Origin: a virus
DNA length: 64,000 nucleotides
Virus record (IMG/VR): IMGVR_UViG_3300037840_000188
Span: 64,001 to 128,000 of that record
Direction: 5' to 3' (one strand)
Numbering within the stretch: position 1 is the stretch's first letter; each line of letters starts with the position of its first letter. This document shows positions 57,643 through 64,000 of the stretch, piece after piece. The notes beneath the pieces were generated by a model, which was not told the origin of the DNA, ran no database searches, and worked only from the letters and a program-made list of their open reading frames with translations. The position numbers and the translations under genes are program-made.

Positions 57643-58095
57643 ATGACTGATCTCTCAGCAGCTCTGGAGCGGTGCTGTAAAGCGGCGGGGTGGACCTACA
57701 TCGAATACAACGGCTACCAGCACGTACTGGAGAAGCCAACAGGCACGACCACTAAAGCAACGTGGCACTTCGATGACTCGTCTCACGACGACGCCATAGC
57801 CCTTCAGTCCGCTCTGGTGAAGCGGTATCCACAGATGTGGCCTTCGTTCGTTTCCCAAGTAAGGGCACAAGCTCTGAGTGTTGTTGGGTGGGAACTGTTG
57901 GCGGTTCATCTGTTGACCCTTGCCCCCTCCGCCCGTATTCTGGCGCTTGAAGCTGCGTTGCCGAGATGTGGGGAGTGCGGGGGCAGCGGTGAAAAACCGA
58001 CGGAGCGCAGCATCAGGCTATGCCTTGAAACCGGCTCGCCGATGGAAACTGGTATGTGCCCCGCCTGCGACGGTGTGGGGATAGAGACGTGCTGA
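57643..58095 (+). CDS. hypothetical protein with DnaJ-type Zn finger
   Basis: CGECGGSG...CPACDGVG; RBS AAGGAG. Confidence 0.65.
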   Translation: MTDLSAALERCCKAAGWTYIEYNGYQHVLEKPTGTTTKATWHFDDSSHDDAIALQSALVKRYPQMWPSFVSQVRAQALSVVGWELLAVHLLTLAPSARILALEAALPRCGECGGSGEKPTERSIRLCLETGSPMETGMCPACDGVGIETC

Positions 58096-59201
58096 GAACG
58101 TATCAATTCAGGCTGCTTCCGAACGCCACCCAAACAGCGATACTTGAGCGCGTTCTTGCGGATAACTGTGAAACCTACAATGCTGCCCTTCAGGAGCGCA
58201 GGGATGCATGGCGACTATGCCGCGAGGGTATAACCTACCAGGATCAACAAAGGGAATTGACCGAGTTACGGAAAGACCCAAGTTTCAGTTGGATAGCCTG
58301 CAAAATTCAACGAGATGCCCTGCATCGAGTAGATCGTGCATTCAAGGCATTCTTCCGTCGATGCAAGGATGGGGAGAAGCCCGGATTTCCGAGATTTCGA
58401 TCCATCTACAGGTACAGGTCGTTCACAATTGAAAGCAAACCAAGCATCAAGCATCGGTCGATTCTTATCCCCAAGATAGGGTACATCCGGATGCGAGGAG
58501 GAAGGCCGGTAGCGGGGATCGTAAAAACAGCGACGATCAAAAAAGACGGAAGCATCTGGAATGCGAATATCGTGTGTGATATCGGGGCATCGCCGACCCG
58601 ACAACCGGTGTCACATCCGGTCGGAATTGACGTAGGCCTGACAAATCTCGCCGTTCTTAGCGATGGGACAAAAATCGACAACCCGCGCTGGACCAGGAAG
58701 CACGAAGCGAGGATCGCCGCCGCAAGCCGACGATTGGCCGTTAAACAGAAGCGATCAAAAAATCGTATCCGCGCACGAGAAGTTTTGCGTCGTGCCCACC
58801 AGCGAGCAGCAGATGCGCGTAAGAATTACCTGCATCATGTCTCTAAGTGGCTCATATTAAATTACGATCTGATCGCCCACGAAGACCTGAAGATCCGAAA
58901 CATGGTAAAGTCCCCGCGACTTGCCAAATCAATCATGGACGCCGCCTGGGGTATTCTCATCTGGCAACTGACGTACAAAGCTGAAAAGGCTGGGCGTTGG
59001 ATTGTTCCGGTGAATCCGCGCGGGACATCGATCCGTTGCTCTGGCTGTGGCGAGGCGGTCCCGAAGACACTGGCAGACCGTCAGCATACTTGCGTCTGTG
59101 GTGTGAGCCTCGGACGCGATCACAACGCAGCAATTAACATTCAAAGGCTCGGGATGAGCCTTGCGGGCTTTGGGCCTTCAGAACGTGAGGTCAACTCATG
59201 A
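58089..59201 (+). CDS. tnpB: TnpB-family protein embedded in operon
   Basis: RTYQFRLLP HTH, GIDVG, HEDL, CSGC...CVC, RDHNAA. Confidence 0.9.
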   Translation: MLRTYQFRLLPNATQTAILERVLADNCETYNAALQERRDAWRLCREGITYQDQQRELTELRKDPSFSWIACKIQRDALHRVDRAFKAFFRRCKDGEKPGFPRFRSIYRYRSFTIESKPSIKHRSILIPKIGYIRMRGGRPVAGIVKTATIKKDGSIWNANIVCDIGASPTRQPVSHPVGIDVGLTNLAVLSDGTKIDNPRWTRKHEARIAAASRRLAVKQKRSKNRIRAREVLRRAHQRAADARKNYLHHVSKWLILNYDLIAHEDLKIRNMVKSPRLAKSIMDAAWGILIWQLTYKAEKAGRWIVPVNPRGTSIRCSGCGEAVPKTLADRQHTCVCGVSLGRDHNAAINIQRLGMSLAGFGPSEREVNS

Positions 59202-59489
59202 GTTCCATAGAGAAGCCGAAGGAGAAAGCGTGACCAGCAAAGAGAAGCAGTATTTGGCAACGGAGCGGCAGAAGTCCGAAGCCATCACCAATCCCGTCGC
59301 TGGCGATGTCTGGGTATCGAAGCGGATGACGAGGATGGTGGTGTGGGCATACCTAGGTAATAGGATTCAAGTGGCACAGCCAAAGTCAATGTCTCTGGAT
59401 CGTTGTGATAAGTGGATGGAGCCGTGTGAGTTCCGCCGTTGGTGCCGCACGGCAACGCTTGTGTCTCGTGGGCGTGGGGATGAAAAACA

Positions 59490-60521
59490 GTGAACGTTGA
59501 GTTACTCCAGATCGACGGCAAGATTCCGAACATTGCGCTGATGCGCCTTGCGGCTCACCACAAGCAACTCGGTGATGACGTGGTGTATCACCGCGCAGAT
59601 TCGCTCGCGTCGGTCCATCCATTTCGTTTCCGGCCCGATGCGAAGGTTTACGCCAGTACGATATTTTCGCGGTCCGCGCCGGTCGTGAAGGAATTACTGA
59701 AGGGCAGGCCGGATGCCATTGTCGGCGGAACCGGCAGTGACGTTCCTCCATTGCAGATATCCCAACTCGAAAAACACGGCGTCACTAGTCTTGATCAGGA
59801 CTATTCGATCTACCCAAACTTCCGGCAGTCCATTGGATTCACGCAGCGCGGTTGCCGGTTGAAGTGCTCGTTTTGCGTCGTTCCTCAGAAGGAGGGACGC
59901 ATCCGCGAAGAGAAGACTATCGCGGAAATCTGGCGCGGCGATCCGTGGCCACGTGAAATCATTCTGTTGGATAACGACTTCTTCGGACAGCCAAACTGGA
60001 GAGGACGGATCGCAGAGATTCGTGACGGCGGATTCAAGGTCAGTTTCAATCAAGGCATCAACGCACGCTGCATCACAGACGAAGCGGCGGAAGCGATTGC
60101 CTCGGTTAAGTATCGGGATGACAACTTCAAGACGAAGACTATCTATACGGCATGGGATAGCCGGGAAGACGAGGAACGCCTTTTTACCGGCCTGGGCCGA
60201 CTGGTCAAGTACGGCGTGAAGCCCGACAACATCACCGTTTACATGCTGATCGGGTACTGGCCAGGTGAAACAGCCGAGGACCGCGAATATCGAAGGGCGA
60301 AGCTGAGAGCGTTTGGCGCTCGTCCGTTTCCAATGGCATACATTACAAACGACACGCCACCCGAGAAGGCCCTCGAACTCAGGGGTTTTCAGCGGTGGGT
60401 TATTCGCCGCGCAGATGTGGGGAAGAATCGGTGCTCGTGGGCTGAGTTTACGGCAGCGCGCTACCGGCCCGAGAAAATCGGCATGAGGGTTGGCGGGCGT
60501 GGGGATGAGGGAGGAAAATGA
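59490..60521 (+). CDS. radical SAM protein
   Basis: TQRGCRLKCSFC (CxxxCxxC), LLDNDFF. Confidence 0.88.
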   Translation: MNVELLQIDGKIPNIALMRLAAHHKQLGDDVVYHRADSLASVHPFRFRPDAKVYASTIFSRSAPVVKELLKGRPDAIVGGTGSDVPPLQISQLEKHGVTSLDQDYSIYPNFRQSIGFTQRGCRLKCSFCVVPQKEGRIREEKTIAEIWRGDPWPREIILLDNDFFGQPNWRGRIAEIRDGGFKVSFNQGINARCITDEAAEAIASVKYRDDNFKTKTIYTAWDSREDEERLFTGLGRLVKYGVKPDNITVYMLIGYWPGETAEDREYRRAKLRAFGARPFPMAYITNDTPPEKALELRGFQRWVIRRADVGKNRCSWAEFTAARYRPEKIGMRVGGRGDEGGK

Positions 60522-61432
60522 CGCTAACCGAAGCAAAAAGAGAGTTCTGTAGCGCATATCCAAATCTGCGCGTCAACGGCTGGGACGAGCGGGATTACGA
60601 TCTGTGGGGCAAGCTGCAAAGTCTACCTTCATGGGGGCTGATCGCAGGCGACGTGAATGACCCGATGATCTCGCGCAAGCACGTGATCGCCTTGTTGGAA
60701 GAGGCTGCTGAGGCACGCTTTGAACAGGATTGGAAAGCAAGATTCGGTCGCCCCACACCGGAGAAGGACACCCCATGGAAAGTAACCTGACACCTAGGCG
60801 GGCGATGGAACTGGCGAATATACAAGCTGAATTGCATCATGTCAGTGATGCGTCGCTCGTGGATATACGGAGGTTGGCCCGCTTCATCCTCTCCCGAGAG
60901 ACGGCGGTGAGGCCACAGCGAAAGGGTGGCACTGACGGCGACGACACCGAATGCACCTGTGGTGCCCACGTGGTTGGGTGGATGAGTTACTGCGCCGATT
61001 GCGGAAAACCCCTCGACTGGACCCCAGCGCCCGAGAAGGAGACAACGAAGTGACACCTATGGATCATAACGAGAACGTGACAATGGCGAATGCCGTCGAA
61101 CTGCAACGTCAGGAAATAGAATTTCTAGGGTCTGCACTTGAAAAGGCCGATGCGGATAAGACCCAAGCATTCTCTGAGATAATTCAACTCCGGGCCGAAC
61201 ACGACAATCTTCAGCGCCGATTCGATCACCACTGCGACACCATTCGTGCTTATGATGCCGTAATGGGCAGCATCTCAGCCCGCTGGCATGTGGACTTCAT
61301 CGGTGTCAATCCGCCAGAAGCGATGCTCCGCGCCATTGAGTTGCTGTGCTTATCTGCCATTACGCCAGTACCGAGGAGCGGTAATCGCGTGGATGCCGAC
61401 AAAGAACTGAAAGAAGCGATGGAGGCCTTGAA

Positions 61433-62059
61433 ATGGGACAAGTAGGCGGCGGTGGGGGTTGTGGCCCGATCAACTACAAACTGGAATTACGGGTGGCCAA
61501 CGAGCGCATCGCCACCCTGACCGCCGAACGGGATCGGGCGCGGGCCGCACTGTCCTTGGCTAAAGAGGCGGGGCATTTCTACCTTCGGAAAGCTGCCGAC
61601 GCCGGTATTCTGCGCAATTCAGCGGAGTCCGAACTCTCCACCATGCGGGAGCGTGCGGAGGGTGCTGAGTATGTCGGCTCTCTTTATCGTAGTCGTTTAG
61701 ACGAGCTTGAACCAATCGCCAGCTATCCCGGCCACTACGTCTCTAGTTCTTGTCAGGCCGGTCTGCATGGGCAGTGCCGGTGCGTCAGCAAGTACGGTGA
61801 GCAGTGTCAGTGCTCGTGTGGGCATACCGACGCATCCACAAAGCCGACGTATCGGGAACTGGAGCGGGAACTCGCGGAGATCAAGGAAAAGCAGGAGTGG
61901 GGTGTGGAATGCCTGACGGGCAACCTTTCGCGGAAAGGTAACGTACTGACCGCTCTCGATGAGGCTGATGCCAGCAGAATTGAATCACGGTTTCCAGATG
62001 AATACAGGGCTGTTTCCCGCCGCGCTCCCGGCCCTTGGGTGACAAAGGAAGATAGCTAA
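61433..62059 (+). CDS. coiled-coil/Cys-rich hypothetical protein
   Basis: ORF track; RBS GGAGG. Confidence 0.55.
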   Translation: MGQVGGGGGCGPINYKLELRVANERIATLTAERDRARAALSLAKEAGHFYLRKAADAGILRNSAESELSTMRERAEGAEYVGSLYRSRLDELEPIASYPGHYVSSSCQAGLHGQCRCVSKYGEQCQCSCGHTDASTKPTYRELERELAEIKEKQEWGVECLTGNLSRKGNVLTALDEADASRIESRFPDEYRAVSRRAPGPWVTKEDS

Positions 62060-62708
62060 TGTGGAAAACGCAATGCCGGTATTGCAAGGGCAGAGGATGT
62101 CCTATCTGCTGGCCGAAGAGTGGTGACATTCTACGCAAACGTGGGTGGGTTCGTATGGTCACGCGGACAAGCCCTAACGATGGTTTATTTGGCGTATTTG
62201 TCGATTACCGCGTTAGACGTACCAACGAACGTTTTTATCGCAGGACTGTTCGCTCGGCATGGTACAGCGATCTTGTTAAGTGGGCGGCAAATGCCGTGGT
62301 CGTAAAAGCAGCGAATCGTGGGTGACAAAGGAGAAATAAAAGATGAAACTGTTCCGTTGGATCGCAAAGATGATTCACAGGTTCGATGATTATGCAATGG
62401 GGAGGCGTTGATGCCTGAACCCGGAGCACCCATACCGACCGAAGAGAGCCTGACGCTCCGCGATCTGGACCGAAGCCATCCATTCGAGCGCCCCAAGGCG
62501 TACCGCGTATCCGGCGATACGATCTGCGATACTCTTTGCCTGTTGGCTTTGCTGGAAGCTGGGAACCGGCAACTGAAAATGGAAGCCCTCTCCAGCAGGG
62601 AGAGGATTGCAGCGCTGGAGAAAGAGGTAGAAGAGTTGACCGACGAACTGGGGTCAGCTGTGGCGAACGCCGAAGAAGATGAAGGCTACGCGATCATGCG
62701 CCACGGAC

Positions 62709-63509
62709 GTGGCGAGTAATCTGGTGCTTAATGCCCTTGGTCTCAGCGGCGGCAAGGACTCAACGGTTCTTGCGTTCCTGTTGAAAGAGCGCGAGCCCGA
62801 ACTGGACATGCAGTACATCTGCACGCCAACCGGGAATGAATTGCCTGAGATGGTTGAGCACTGGCTAAATCTTGGCGAAAAGCTGGGAAAGCCTCTCATT
62901 CGGATCACCAACCAAGAGCGCACGCTATACGACATCATCGACCTCAACGGAATGATCCCAAACTTTCGCGCCCGTTTCTGCACGCGCCAGTTGAAGATTG
63001 AGCCGACAATAGCGTGGTGCGTCCGCCACGCGCCGGTAACGCTGCACGTGGGGCTTCGTGCCGATGAAGAGACACGCGAGGGGATATATGGCGACCTAGT
63101 AAAGAGTCGGTTCTACTTCCGCGAGATCGGCTGGGGATTGAAGCAGGTTTTGGGTTATGCGGTGATGTTGCGGGAAAAATTCGGCATCGTGATACCAGAG
63201 CGAACGGATTGCGGGGATTGCTATCACCAGCGCATCCGTGAATGGTGGAATTATTGGCGAAAGTATCCAGATCGATTCTGGCACGCCGCTGCCAAGGAAA
63301 CGGCGATGGGGCATACATTCCGTTCACCTGGTCGCGACACATGGCCCGTGTCTCTGGCTGACCTCGGAGCCGAGTTTCAGCGCCTCTGGGATCTGGGCTG
63401 TCACGATTTCAAAGCGTGTCAGGATCGCCGGGACATCGAGCGCGGACGCAAGCCACGGAAAGAACGAGAGGAAAGGCAGGGCGAACTATGTCGAGTGTGC
63501 AGTCTGTAG
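62709..63509 (+). CDS. PAPS-reductase-family (PP-loop) protein
   Basis: LSGGKDS, TPTGNELP, RFCTRQLKI, GLRADE, RTDCGDC. Confidence 0.85.
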   Translation: MASNLVLNALGLSGGKDSTVLAFLLKEREPELDMQYICTPTGNELPEMVEHWLNLGEKLGKPLIRITNQERTLYDIIDLNGMIPNFRARFCTRQLKIEPTIAWCVRHAPVTLHVGLRADEETREGIYGDLVKSRFYFREIGWGLKQVLGYAVMLREKFGIVIPERTDCGDCYHQRIREWWNYWRKYPDRFWHAAAKETAMGHTFRSPGRDTWPVSLADLGAEFQRLWDLGCHDFKACQDRRDIERGRKPRKEREERQGELCRVCSL

Positions 63510-64000
63510 TTGAGATGGAACGACGAATCGCAGAATTGGAGGAGAGGATTGCAGCGGCACCGCACGCGCCGGATTGCGCAGCTTTCAATTACGATCACGA
63601 TTTTGTTCGTGTCGATGCGGATAAGGGTTGGTGCTTGAAGTGCTTCAACGGAGAAGATCATCCACAGCACATCAAGATTTGCAACTGCTGGAAATCAACT
63701 GGTATCCCTGACTCCCAGAAAGAGATCGACCGGCTCAACATGGTCATCCGCGATTTGCAACCGCACAAGTACCCGGTTGCTGTCGCCTGCGCGGTGATCG
63801 TGCGCGCCGGGAAAGTGTTGCTGGAGCGACACGCCCCAGTGGACGAAAAAGCCTACCTGTGGGACGTACCGGGCGGCAAGGTCGAATGCGGCGAGTCTCC
63901 GTCCGAGGCCGTAATACGCGAGATCCGCGAAGAGACCGGCTGTACGGTGCGCGTGCTGCGCGCTGGCAGCATCTACTCGTCGGTATGGGGAAACGACGGT
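63488..64000 (+). CDS. Nudix hydrolase domain protein (runs off window; not in ORF track)
   Basis: Nudix box GGKVECGESPSEAVIREIREETG. Confidence 0.85.
   Translation, partial: MSSVQSVVEMERRIAELEERIAAAPHAPDCAAFNYDHDFVRVDADKGWCLKCFNGEDHPQHIKICNCWKSTGIPDSQKEIDRLNMVIRDLQPHKYPVAVACAVIVRAGKVLLERHAPVDEKAYLWDVPGGKVECGESPSEAVIREIREETGCTVRVLRAGSIYSSVWGNDG

Noticed and set aside
1-64000. Complete genome-wide TAG reassignment
   Set aside because: Several genes (MCP at 5348, 2309, 3643, 12413) evidently terminate at TAG, and most long genes have no internal TAG; at most partial suppression

Overview
The whole 64 kb window reads as one tailed-phage or prophage genome segment; I see no host housekeeping genes. 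The left part, mostly minus strand, holds packaging and head genes: putative TerS, TerL, a 661-aa portal, scaffold, major capsid protein (MCP), cement and adaptor-like proteins. Accessory blocks interrupt it: HNH nucleases, a plus-strand fibre gene, a membrane/lysis-like cassette, and a Ro60/TROVE gene preceded by three tandem tRNA-like Y RNAs. The centre encodes a serine recombinase, DNA methyltransferases and a primase-helicase, followed by a probable origin. The right part, plus strand, carries early genes behind three near-identical sigma70-type promoters, a ~600-nt structured non-coding region, and radical SAM, PAPS-reductase-family and Nudix genes. Three IS1595 elements (TIRs plus 8-bp TSDs visible), one delimitable IS200/IS605 tnpB element and one operon-embedded tnpB are present. 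The most unusual observations are: (1) the Ro60 locus with three Y RNAs that share a Ro-binding stem but carry different tRNA-like modules, followed by an HNH gene; (2) MCP and TerL both appear to start at ACG; (3) a synonymous-codon-diverged copy of the MCP N-terminal arm is fused to a small basic protein; (4) at least three genes carry an internal in-frame TAG; (5) two candidate new structured ncRNAs. Several homopolymer frameshifts mean sequencing error or prophage decay cannot be excluded for single-base observations. Product calls come from motif recognition only; no database search was run.
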